This document shows positions 25,983-34,698 of a DNA stretch of 64,000 nucleotides, in pieces. Within the stretch, counting starts at the first letter, position 1. Every line of letters begins with the position of its first letter. The translations under genes and the position numbers were made by a program. The stretch is taken from the IMG/VR virus record IMGVR_UViG_3300032287_001974, positions 1-64,000 of that record; one strand, written 5' to 3'. This stretch comes from a virus. The notes below the pieces were generated by a model. The model was given only the letters and a program-made list of their open reading frames with translations, did not search any database and was not told the DNA's origin.

Positions 25983-26222
25983 ATGGCTAAAGTAAGAACT
26001 AAAGACGGCGTCGGGCACGTAGTCACTAAAAAGAAGTCTGACAAAGGTATTGGCAAGAAGGGCGACATTATTGTTGACCACACCGCCACCTCAAAAGGCA
26101 AGTACGACAAGATGAACTTGACCAAAGTAGCTAAGGCTAAAACTGTTAAAGAAGGCGTTGCTGGAACTCGTAAGTGGCACGCAGAGAACCCCCAGAAGAA
26201 AGCGAAGAAGAATGGCAAGTAA
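25983..26222 (+). CDS. Small Lys-rich basic protein
   Basis: Composition; coupled to the next gene. Confidence 0.7.
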   Translation: MAKVRTKDGVGHVVTKKKSDKGIGKKGDIIVDHTATSKGKYDKMNLTKVAKAKTVKEGVAGTRKWHAENPQKKAKKNGK

Positions 26223-26388
26223 GAAGCCGGTCTGGGAAAAGCCAGACCCTACTAAAAAAGACAAGCCGCTCAGCAAAGGCCAAAAGTCCTCTGCTAAAGC
26301 TAAGGCTAAGGCTGCTGGTCGTCCGTACCCTAATTTGATTGATAACATGGCTGCTGCCAAGAAGGCGAAGAAGAAAAATGGCAAGTGA
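26212..26388 (+). CDS. Small Lys-rich basic protein
   Basis: MASKKPVWEKP...AGRPYPNLIDNM; start at ATG 26212. Confidence 0.7.
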   Translation: MASKKPVWEKPDPTKKDKPLSKGQKSSAKAKAKAAGRPYPNLIDNMAAAKKAKKKNGK

Positions 26389-26695
26389 AGCTTGGCAGAA
26401 AAAATCTGGCAAAAATGCTAAAGGCGGCCTGAATGAAAAAGGCCGCAAGTCTTATGAGAGGGCTAACCCTGGCTCAGACCTAAAAGCCCCAGTAAAGTCT
26501 GGCGACAACCCTCGCCGCGCTTCGTTCCTAGCTCGAATGGGTGGAAACCCAGGCCCAGAACGTAAGCCCAACGGAGACCCTACCCGCCTGTTGCTATCGC
26601 TACAGGCGTGGGGAGCATCATCCAAAGCTGACGCTAAAAAGAAAGCAGCCGCCATGTCTAAGCGTCTCGACAACAAGAAGAAAGGCACTAAGTAA
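26378..26695 (+). CDS. Basic phage protein (DUF6321-like)
   Basis: AWQKKSGKNAKGGLNEKGRKSY...LKAPVK...RRASFLARM. Confidence 0.7.
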   Translation: MASEAWQKKSGKNAKGGLNEKGRKSYERANPGSDLKAPVKSGDNPRRASFLARMGGNPGPERKPNGDPTRLLLSLQAWGASSKADAKKKAAAMSKRLDNKKKGTK

Positions 26696-26919
26696 TGCCA
26701 CTAGCACCAAAGGGCTCTAAGAGCTCAATCAACAAGCAGTCAAACGCTGCTCCTAAGTACGCACCAAACAACCCTGTAGACCGCCAAGCAAAGAAGGCGT
26801 TGTCCAAGGGATCTGTGGCTAAGGGTGGTACAATTAAAGCTCCAGGCGAGATCATTGCCATGGCATCTGATAAGACGCGTAACAAAGCAAACGCCATCTC
26901 ACAGAAAAGAAATAAGTAA
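26695..26919 (+). CDS. Small basic protein
   Basis: TAATG coupling. Confidence 0.65.
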   Translation: MPLAPKGSKSSINKQSNAAPKYAPNNPVDRQAKKALSKGSVAKGGTIKAPGEIIAMASDKTRNKANAISQKRNK

Positions 26920-26984
26920 TGTCTGATTGCAAGTGCGGCAACTGCGGTTGCGGAAAGAAGGACCCTAATGGCCCTAGTTCATAA
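26919..26984 (+). CDS. 21 aa Cys-rich micropeptide (not in track)
   Basis: MSDCKCGNCGCGKKDPNGPSS; TAATG coupling. Confidence 0.45.
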   Translation: MSDCKCGNCGCGKKDPNGPSS

Positions 26985-27264
26985 CTCATATACCCTAGCG
27001 GCAACAACGCCTACCGCTATTGCTACCATCCCGTTGAACAACCCTAGAACCTCAGTTGTTGTTACTAACGTGGACACCGCCTCGGTATACCTTGGCGATT
27101 CTTCTGTTTCTACAGGAGCTAACGTAGACCGCGGAATTAGGGTTGCTACCAACACCAACCAGGAAATCTGGCTAAATGGTGGCGAGACCCTATATGCCGT
27201 TTCTCTAGCCGGAACCGCAGCCTACGCAGTTGCAGTTCTATACTCAACCGTTATCCCAGCGTAA
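26968..27264 (+). CDS. Small beta-rich structural protein
   Basis: R.SVVVTN....VYLG....G......LYAV pattern. Confidence 0.65.
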   Translation: MALVHNSYTLAATTPTAIATIPLNNPRTSVVVTNVDTASVYLGDSSVSTGANVDRGIRVATNTNQEIWLNGGETLYAVSLAGTAAYAVAVLYSTVIPA

Positions 27265-27273
27265 GGAACGTAA

Positions 27274-27573
27274 ATGAATAAGAAACCAGCGTACGAAAAA
27301 GGCAAGTACACCGAGGCCAAGGACGAGAAGAAGGACGCGGCAATGCTTAAGAAACGCGGCCTAACCTCTAAGTCTGACAAGTCTGAGTGGAAGAAGAAAG
27401 ACGACGCCCACGCCGCTAAGAAGAAGCCAAAGACTATGGCTGAAGACAAGAAGATTGACGCCAAGATGATGAACTCTATGGCTGCCAAGAAGCACTCTGC
27501 TCATGAGAAGGCTGAAGGCAAAAAAGGCGAAAAACTCGAAAACAGGATGGAAAAGAAGCCAGGCCGTAAGTAA
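27274..27573 (+). CDS. Lys/Glu-rich protein
   Basis: AAGGA RBS. Confidence 0.7.
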   Translation: MNKKPAYEKGKYTEAKDEKKDAAMLKKRGLTSKSDKSEWKKKDDAHAAKKKPKTMAEDKKIDAKMMNSMAAKKHSAHEKAEGKKGEKLENRMEKKPGRK

Positions 27574-27575
27574 CA

Positions 27576-27944
27576 ATGGCTAAAACCGACAAGGAACTTA
27601 GGCAGGTTAAGAAAGACTCTGCCACCTCTGCGCGCGTACTGCGCGTCAAGGTCCCTCAGCAACCTGGTTACAACGGCGTTGTTACCAAAAAAGAGGGTAA
27701 GAAGACGGTAAGCACTAACGCCGTAAGGGCTGTTAAGCGAACCGACGACCGCCTTGCGGACAACAGCGCTAAAGGCTTTGACCAGTCTCCTCGCGATAAG
27801 CAGTTATACAAGGCTATCGGCGCTGGTAGAAGTCAGCAGTTTAAGTCTGACTTGGAGCGCTCGCGGGTTGGAAAGCTAGAACGCGGGGTTGACATGCCAA
27901 GGAAAGGCATTGTAGGAGCACCCAAGGGCTCCGGCACAGTTTAA
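27576..27944 (+). CDS. Basic hypothetical protein
   Basis: ORF followed by a terminator at 27958-27984. Confidence 0.65.
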   Translation: MAKTDKELRQVKKDSATSARVLRVKVPQQPGYNGVVTKKEGKKTVSTNAVRAVKRTDDRLADNSAKGFDQSPRDKQLYKAIGAGRSQQFKSDLERSRVGKLERGVDMPRKGIVGAPKGSGTV

Positions 27945-28057
27945 ATATAAAAGGTTTAGCCCTGCGAAAGCGGGGCTTTTCTTTTATCCTGTAAGTGGCC
28001 CTATGCGGGGGCTGCACCAAACTTGCGCTGTACCTTGCTTATTTAATGGAGACACTC

Positions 28058-28225
28058 ATGTCTAGCCTTGACAGAGACCAACACAGATCGGTCTCACAAT
28101 TTTCCGAGATGGATTTCATCCGCGGAATGGCTGACAGCGCTACTAAGGGCCACGGCACAGCAAACTTGCTGGCGGGTCTAGCAATAGGGTTTCTAGTAAA
28201 TAAAGCAGTACGGTGGTACAAGTAG
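28058..28225 (+). CDS. Small protein with C-terminal hydrophobic helix
   Basis: GGAG RBS before ATG 28058. Confidence 0.55.
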   Translation: MSSLDRDQHRSVSQFSEMDFIRGMADSATKGHGTANLLAGLAIGFLVNKAVRWYK

Positions 28226-28551
28226 TGGCGACAACTTTTAAAGATACCGCAGCCAACTCACTTAAGACTCTCCAGTCATCTTTGACTAAGGAGATACAGT
28301 CTGACGCCCTATCTGCCGGGTGGCCTAAAATGTACGCTAACTCGCTAAGTGTTCGAATCGATAAATCAAACATTTATATCGATTACCCAGAACAGCTAGC
28401 TCAAGACATCGAGGACTTGGAGTACGGGTCTGAGTCTCAGCCGCCTAAGCCGATCTTGCGCCTATTCATAGACCGCCACTCAGAGGACTTTCAAAACATT
28501 TTTGCCGAGTCCTCGGTCAACTATCTATTTGATTCGGGGGTACTTCCTTGA
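28213..28551 (+). CDS. Neck/tail completion protein
   Basis: LEYGSE.QPPKPILR motif (HK97 gp10-like); alternative start at GTG 28225. Confidence 0.6.
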   Translation: MVQVVATTFKDTAANSLKTLQSSLTKEIQSDALSAGWPKMYANSLSVRIDKSNIYIDYPEQLAQDIEDLEYGSESQPPKPILRLFIDRHSEDFQNIFAESSVNYLFDSGVLP

Positions 28552-29159
28552 GTTTTCTATTTAGCGAAGATGAGGCCCTAAAGACTCGACTTAAGGGAAT
28601 CATTGTTTACGACGAGAAGAACAACAACCGCGAAGTAGGCGTTTGGTTTGCTAACCCTGACATTGAACAGCGCGCCCAGTCTTACCCCTACATTACTGTT
28701 GAGCTAATTGACACTGTGTGGGCTAGCTACCGTCAGGCTTCTGGCTTGATTGTGGACAACGACGCCCAAGGAACAATTGCCCCAGTAGCTGGAAAGCTAT
28801 ACACCTACGAAGTACCGGTTGCTTGGGATTTAACTTACCAAGTTACTACCTACGCCAGACACCCGCGACACGACCGCGCTATGCTGGCCCACCTGCTTAA
28901 TAAGGTATTCCCGTCAAAGCGCGGGTACTTGCCTATTAAAAATGATCTGGGAACAGAAACGGGCTATCGCCACTTGTTCCTCGATGAATACACAAAGCGA
29001 GACACTATTGAGGATGGCCGTCGGCTATACCGCAACGTGTTCACTCTCACAGTTACAAGTGAGGGAGCTGCTCTGCTTCCAACGGATGCGCCGGAAGTTG
29101 AACAAGTACTCATTAACGACACTACACAAAATATCCCGACTGACCTACAACCTCTGTAA
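28548..29159 (+). CDS. Tail terminator protein
   Basis: YPYITVE motif; position directly before the sheath. Confidence 0.65.
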   Translation: MSFLFSEDEALKTRLKGIIVYDEKNNNREVGVWFANPDIEQRAQSYPYITVELIDTVWASYRQASGLIVDNDAQGTIAPVAGKLYTYEVPVAWDLTYQVTTYARHPRHDRAMLAHLLNKVFPSKRGYLPIKNDLGTETGYRHLFLDEYTKRDTIEDGRRLYRNVFTLTVTSEGAALLPTDAPEVEQVLINDTTQNIPTDLQPL

Positions 29160-29194
29160 TATACCGCTACCTCTAACTATCAAGGAGAAAACTA

Positions 29195-30718
29195 ATGCCG
29201 TACCTACGTCCCGGTGTGTACATTGAGGAAACCCTCAATCCAAACCCACCTATCGTCGGTCCTAACTCTGACTCAGTTGCAGCCTTTGTGGGCACTTCTG
29301 ACAAGGGCCCAGTGGCCGCAACTCTAGTGACCTCATGGTCACAGTTCACAAGCCTTTATGGCTCATGGAGCACAACTGCTAGCCGTAACAAGCTAATTAC
29401 AGCTGTATACATGTTCTTTGCAAACGGCGGAAGCCGCTGCTACGTCAAGCGCGTTACTGCTGGAACCCCTGTTGTTGCTACCAGCACCTTCCTAGACAGC
29501 ACCTCTCCAACAGCAGCCAATACTTTAACCGTAAACGCGCTTAACGCTGGTGCTTGGGGCAACGACATCTGGATTGGTATCAACACCTCATCACTTGGCT
29601 CTAGCTACTTTGATCTAACTGTCTACTACAGCAGCACTGCCTCTGCAGGTAATGCAGTTGAGCGATTCACTGACATTACTATGCTAAACAGCGACCCACG
29701 TTACGCTATCTCAGTTATTAATGGAAGTTCTGCTTACATCACTGTAGTTGACGCAAGCCCATCGGACAGCCACACAGCGAGCGACAACCCAGCCCCTACT
29801 GGAGCTGGTGGAAGCGTTCCTGTAGAGCTAGCCTCTGGTGCAGATGGCACCGCCCCTACAGATGCTAACTTGGTTTCTGCGCTGACTGCTTTTGACACCA
29901 TTACTCAGAGCCTAATCCTGAACCTTCCAGGTGTTACAGGCACAACTGATGTAAACGGTGCAATCACTTACGCAGCCGGCCGTGGAGACGTGTTTGTAGT
30001 TATCGACCCTCTTGTTGATACTGTGTCAGCTCAGCTAACTCGTGCGGCTGCTTACACCAGCACTTCGTACGCAGCCGTGTACTACCCTAGCTTGGTTATT
30101 CCAGACCCAGTTAGCTCTGCACCTAACGCAATTACAACTGTCCCGACCGGAGCCGCTGTTATGGGCCGCTATGTTGCAACAGATGCTTCTCGCGGTATTT
30201 TCAAGTCTCCTGCTGGTCTAGATGCTCGTCTTTCTGGAGTTGTCTCAGTAGCACAGTTGACTAACAGCGACCTTGACGCACTAAACAGCGCCTCGGCTCC
30301 TGTAAACGCAATCCGCTACGTACCAGGTTCTGGCATCGTGGTTATGGGTGCCCGTACCCTAAAGCCAGGATACGCAGACCGTTATGTATCGGTACGCCGT
30401 AGCCTAATCTACTTAAAGAAGAGCTTGGAAGACCTAACTGGTTTTGCAATCTTCGAGCCAAACGACGAGCGTCTATGGAATCGACTAACTTCTACAGTAG
30501 AAACTTTCCTCACCGACTTCTGGCAACAGGGCGGTCTCCGCGGTCTAACCCCGGCAGACTCGTTCTACGTCAAGTGTGACGAGGAGAACAACACTACCAA
30601 CCAAATTGACAATGGAAACGTAGTGGTCGAGGTAGGCGTTGCTCTCCAGCGTCCTGCTGAATTCGTAGTTATCCGCATTAGCCAGTACGACAGCGGCGCT
30701 GTTGTAACTATTTCCTAG
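29195..30718 (+). CDS. Tail sheath protein
   Basis: YLRPGVYIEE, FFANGG, GARTL, YVSVRR, FEPND and PAEFVVIRI motifs. Confidence 0.95.
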   Translation: MPYLRPGVYIEETLNPNPPIVGPNSDSVAAFVGTSDKGPVAATLVTSWSQFTSLYGSWSTTASRNKLITAVYMFFANGGSRCYVKRVTAGTPVVATSTFLDSTSPTAANTLTVNALNAGAWGNDIWIGINTSSLGSSYFDLTVYYSSTASAGNAVERFTDITMLNSDPRYAISVINGSSAYITVVDASPSDSHTASDNPAPTGAGGSVPVELASGADGTAPTDANLVSALTAFDTITQSLILNLPGVTGTTDVNGAITYAAGRGDVFVVIDPLVDTVSAQLTRAAAYTSTSYAAVYYPSLVIPDPVSSAPNAITTVPTGAAVMGRYVATDASRGIFKSPAGLDARLSGVVSVAQLTNSDLDALNSASAPVNAIRYVPGSGIVVMGARTLKPGYADRYVSVRRSLIYLKKSLEDLTGFAIFEPNDERLWNRLTSTVETFLTDFWQQGGLRGLTPADSFYVKCDEENNTTNQIDNGNVVVEVGVALQRPAEFVVIRISQYDSGAVVTIS

Positions 30719-30729
30719 GAGGAACCTAA

Positions 30730-31329
30730 ATGGCAACCACCCAAAACGCCAAGAGTAGCATTCAACGCTTCTCTAAACTGGCTACTGATCCAATCCGTAA
30801 TTTTAGATTCCTTGTGGAATTTCAGACTACCGCGGATGGCAACCCAGCTGCCAACACCTTCATGAACTTCAGTGGAGGCTTCACTCAGATTTCAGGTCTG
30901 AACATCACTACCCAGAGCATCAGCTACCGCGAAGGCGGCATGAACACGACTCTGCACCAGGTTCCTGGTCAGACCTCGTTCCAGCCAATCACCCTTCAGC
31001 GTGGTGTTATCTACGGTAAGGATGAGTCAATCAACTGGATGAAGACCCTGTTCGCAGCTGCTGCTGGCGAAGGTATCCCGGGTTCTGGCGGAAAGAACTT
31101 CCGTTGCAACCTAGTCATCTACGTCCTTGACCACCCAATTACCGCTGACCCGCTAATCACGGCTAATGACATCGTGTCTACAAAGGCATTTAAGATGAAG
31201 TTTAAGGTACACAACGCTTGGATTCAGGCGCTGAACTTTACTGACCTTAACGCCCAAGACAACGCGCTTATGTACGAGACCATGACTCTTGTGCACGAGG
31301 GCCTTTCGGTATCTTTCGTAACTCAGTAA
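30730..31329 (+). CDS. Tail tube protein (T4 gp19-like)
   Basis: DPIRNFRFLVE, YREGG, ITLQRG and ETMTLVHEG motifs. Confidence 0.92.
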   Translation: MATTQNAKSSIQRFSKLATDPIRNFRFLVEFQTTADGNPAANTFMNFSGGFTQISGLNITTQSISYREGGMNTTLHQVPGQTSFQPITLQRGVIYGKDESINWMKTLFAAAAGEGIPGSGGKNFRCNLVIYVLDHPITADPLITANDIVSTKAFKMKFKVHNAWIQALNFTDLNAQDNALMYETMTLVHEGLSVSFVTQ

Positions 31330-31371
31330 TAAATTCTGGTAAACTAATAAATAACTAATTAGGAGCATTAC

Positions 31372-32175
31372 ATGTCTGAAGAGATTTTCACAAGCAATAC
31401 AACGGCAATTGAATCAGCTATCGCTGAGGTCAATGATACGCCGGAAGTAGAGATCGAAACCGTTGCACCATCTAATACTGACGTGCTGCTCCCCGGCGGA
31501 TTCATCGCCGGGGACGGCTCGGTAGTAAAGTACGCAGAAGTGCGTGAACTTAACGGAGTTGACGAAGAGGCAATTGCCAAAACCGGAACTCCAGGCAAGG
31601 CTCTCATGGCTATGCTACAGCGAGGTCTAGTGTCTCTTGGCGGCGAAAAAGCTACCAAAGAGGACCTAGACAAGATGCTTAGCGGAGACCGTGACGCAGT
31701 GCTTATTGGTATTCGTCGAGTAACCTTCGGTGACACTATTGACTTTGAGTTCCCTTGCGAAAACTGCAAGACAGACTTAAACGTAACCGTGAACTTAGGA
31801 ACTGACGTCCCTTACAAGAATCTTGAGGACCCTCAAGAGGGACGCACGTTTGTGTACCAGTCTAAGACCAGCGGTGAAATTAAAGTCTCTTTGCCTACTG
31901 GCCTTGTGCAGCGAAAGCTTCTTGAGAACATTGATAAGAGCCGACCTGAACTAAACACCATCCTTTTGGCTGGCTGTGTAGATTCAATTAACGGCAATGG
32001 TTCTCTGGGAGCTAGCTCTGTTCTAAAGCTTGGTATGAAAGACCGAGAGCAACTTGTCACTGAGATCATTACCAGAACCCCAGGCCCACGCCTTGGGGAG
32101 GTGAAGACGACCTGTGAGGCATGTGGCGAGGATATTCCTATGCCACTGTCGTTGGCAGATTTGTTTCGTCTATAG
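31372..32175 (+). CDS. Baseplate hub/tail assembly chaperone (T4 gp26-like)
   Basis: RELNGVDEE, GDRDAVLIGIRRVTFG and two CxxC motifs; lies between tube and tape measure. Confidence 0.75.
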   Translation: MSEEIFTSNTTAIESAIAEVNDTPEVEIETVAPSNTDVLLPGGFIAGDGSVVKYAEVRELNGVDEEAIAKTGTPGKALMAMLQRGLVSLGGEKATKEDLDKMLSGDRDAVLIGIRRVTFGDTIDFEFPCENCKTDLNVTVNLGTDVPYKNLEDPQEGRTFVYQSKTSGEIKVSLPTGLVQRKLLENIDKSRPELNTILLAGCVDSINGNGSLGASSVLKLGMKDREQLVTEIITRTPGPRLGEVKTTCEACGEDIPMPLSLADLFRL

Positions 32176-32323
32176 AGACGAAGATTACGAAGCACTACTC
32201 GACCAGTATGAAGCACTAACCAGATCATTTCCCGGATGGACGCTCTCTGACATCAGAGAGATGTCTGTAAGAGAACGTTTAAATTGGTTGTCTCGTGCAT
32301 CCAGAAATAGGATAGGTCAGTAA
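32165..32323 (+). CDS. Chaperone C-terminal extension, probably reached by +1 frameshift
   Basis: GWTLSDIREMSVRER motif, no good start of its own; TTT_CGT at 32164-32169. Confidence 0.55.
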   Translation, partial: FVYRDEDYEALLDQYEALTRSFPGWTLSDIREMSVRERLNWLSRASRNRIGQ

Positions 32324-34698
32324 TGTTAGGTTTACCGGTAGGCGGTAGCAGCCCTAAAAAGGCTAAGCTAGTCGCTGACCTTGCCGTTGAGTATACCAAG
32401 CTCAACGCTATCCTTGAAAAAACGGCAACGCTTTCTGGCACCATCTCTAAAAACCTTAAAAATTCTAAAGGTGGCGGCCCCGGCGGCGGCGCTATGCAAT
32501 TTGGCAGCAGCCCGCCCCCTCCTATAGCCGGTGGCTCTCCTCCCCCAGGCAGCTCTGCTGTAGTCGGTACCGGCCCTGGTGGCGGTGGCTTAACCACTCC
32601 TGTAGGAAACACTCAATTTAAGAGCCCTGGCGCTAGCAGCATGAGCTGGAGCGAAGTAGGCAAGAATGCTATGCGCTCTGTTGCCGAGGGTATTCCCGGC
32701 GCACTTGCCGCAGGTGGCTCAGGATTTTTACAGGCTATTAACCCTAGCGATTTTGTTGCCAACGATATGGCTCGTCGATCAATGGCTTTTTACCAGGGAA
32801 TGGGCGGACAAACAGGGGCCGATAAAGCCGGCAAGCAAATTGAAAATATGATGAACGCTGGAACCGCTACCAGCGCTCTAGATGGTGCTAACGCTGCCAT
32901 GATGGGTGCCAGTAATGGCCTTATGCCAGGCATAGGTGGTGGAGCATACAGTGGTGCTGCTGGCGTTTCTAACATTATGCCGGGTGTTGGCCTTGAGGGC
33001 GGTATGGAAGCTCAGGCTGCCCTTAATAAAGCTAGTTCTGTAAACAAGCTTCGTATGATCGGCATTCAAGTTCGTGACGCTAACGGTTTGCCTAGGGCCG
33101 TAGAGGATGTTGCACGTCAGCTTTGGGGCCAACTAAAGGGCATGACCGGCGGCGACGGCCAGGGCTCTATTACTGAGGAAGACCTTACCTTTGCTTTGCA
33201 ATCAGGTAACTCACTTGACTCAATGCTTAACCAATACTTTGGTAATGACCCAATTCTTCGTCAGTCAGTTATCCGCTACCTGTACCAGTTTGCTTCAGGA
33301 AAAGGCACAAGTAAAAAAGACCTAGAAAAAACTAACGCTAACCCCGCTGTATCCCAATCAGCAGGTAGACGAAACGCTGCCGCTTACGGCGCTATTAATG
33401 CTTACACTACCAAGGGCGCGCAGGGGGTTACAGACGCTAACGATATGGTCGCTCAGCTAGCTAGAATCGCAACTTCTTTGGAATTCCTGCTGGGCCCTGT
33501 AGTCCAGTTTACTACGTTTATGCAGACGCTTAGCGGCGGAGCCAACGGCGGTATCGGAAACCTAATCGGTGGTCTTGGAAACCTAGTTGGTCCAGCCATT
33601 GGAATGGCGCTTACAAAAGCATTTGGGCCTGTAACTAACTTTTTTAAAGGCATGTTTGGCGGTGGCACGGCTGCTGCCGGAACAACTGCTGCGGGCACAT
33701 CCGCTAAGGCTGGTACAGCTGCAGCCAGTAAACTAGGCACTAGGGCAGCGGGTCTTGCGGCTGCGCCATTTATTACTAACGTCAGTAATATGATTGGCCT
33801 TGCTACTAGAGACAAGAATGTTCCGCTAACTGAAATCGAAAAAGCTACGCTACAGCATGAGTCTGGAATTAGAGCCGCAGATGCTATGTATATACCTTCG
33901 GGCAAAGATGGCAAGCCTTGGTGGGAAGACTTTGGCGGCGGCGAGGGCGGCGACGGCCAGCTTTACGGCATGGGCGATGGTGGCACCCTTGCAAGCCCTA
34001 CCGATGGATACAGCAACAACATTACTAGTCGCTGGGGCGAGATCCGCCACCTAGTTATTGACGGCAAGAAGGTCACTACTAAGCCGCACGGCGGCATGGA
34101 TATTGGTGTTCGTGAGGGTACATCTGTAAAGGCTGTTAAAGACGGAACAGTTATTCACACCGGATATAACCCAGACGGCTTTGGTAATAACGTTATTATT
34201 CAGCACGACGATGGTTACCAAACTGTTTACGCCCACCTTAGCTCTAAGTCAATGCAGAAGGGTGACAAGGTAACTGCTGGTCAACTTGTTGGGTTGAGCG
34301 GTAACACCGGTTTCTCTAGCGGCCCTCACTTGCACTTCCAGGTACAAAAGAACATTAATGGTAAAACTTATGACCCCGCTGCTTACCTATCCGGGTCTAA
34401 GGACGTAACGGCTTCTGGCGTACACTCAGGCACTCCGGAAGACGCGGTTTCTAACGCGTTGTTCAGCTCTAGCGCCGGGTCTCTATTCTCTGGAGTAAAG
34501 CCCAAAGATGGCGGCGGTGGGTCTGAGTCTAGCGACCCTACTATCCTTCCAGTCGGGTCTGGCAGCCGTGGAGGAAATAACGTTACGGTAAACATCAACG
34601 TACCTGCCAGCGCTTCAATTAACGAGCAGACACTGGCTCGGGAAGTAAAAAGAATTCTTCAGGAAGATGAACGAGTAAAGATGGCGGTAAATAGATAA
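32323..34698 (+). CDS. Tape measure protein with C-terminal M23 peptidase
   Basis: Ala/Gly-rich helical body; HGGMD, YAHL and HLHF M23 motifs. Confidence 0.85.
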   Translation: MLGLPVGGSSPKKAKLVADLAVEYTKLNAILEKTATLSGTISKNLKNSKGGGPGGGAMQFGSSPPPPIAGGSPPPGSSAVVGTGPGGGGLTTPVGNTQFKSPGASSMSWSEVGKNAMRSVAEGIPGALAAGGSGFLQAINPSDFVANDMARRSMAFYQGMGGQTGADKAGKQIENMMNAGTATSALDGANAAMMGASNGLMPGIGGGAYSGAAGVSNIMPGVGLEGGMEAQAALNKASSVNKLRMIGIQVRDANGLPRAVEDVARQLWGQLKGMTGGDGQGSITEEDLTFALQSGNSLDSMLNQYFGNDPILRQSVIRYLYQFASGKGTSKKDLEKTNANPAVSQSAGRRNAAAYGAINAYTTKGAQGVTDANDMVAQLARIATSLEFLLGPVVQFTTFMQTLSGGANGGIGNLIGGLGNLVGPAIGMALTKAFGPVTNFFKGMFGGGTAAAGTTAAGTSAKAGTAAASKLGTRAAGLAAAPFITNVSNMIGLATRDKNVPLTEIEKATLQHESGIRAADAMYIPSGKDGKPWWEDFGGGEGGDGQLYGMGDGGTLASPTDGYSNNITSRWGEIRHLVIDGKKVTTKPHGGMDIGVREGTSVKAVKDGTVIHTGYNPDGFGNNVIIQHDDGYQTVYAHLSSKSMQKGDKVTAGQLVGLSGNTGFSSGPHLHFQVQKNINGKTYDPAAYLSGSKDVTASGVHSGTPEDAVSNALFSSSAGSLFSGVKPKDGGGGSESSDPTILPVGSGSRGGNNVTVNINVPASASINEQTLAREVKRILQEDERVKMAVNR

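Noticed and set aside
33148-33960. 15-bp repeat GGCGGCGACGGCCAG (GGDGQ) twice in the tape measure
   Set aside because: Short and within a Gly-rich protein; no other support for a function
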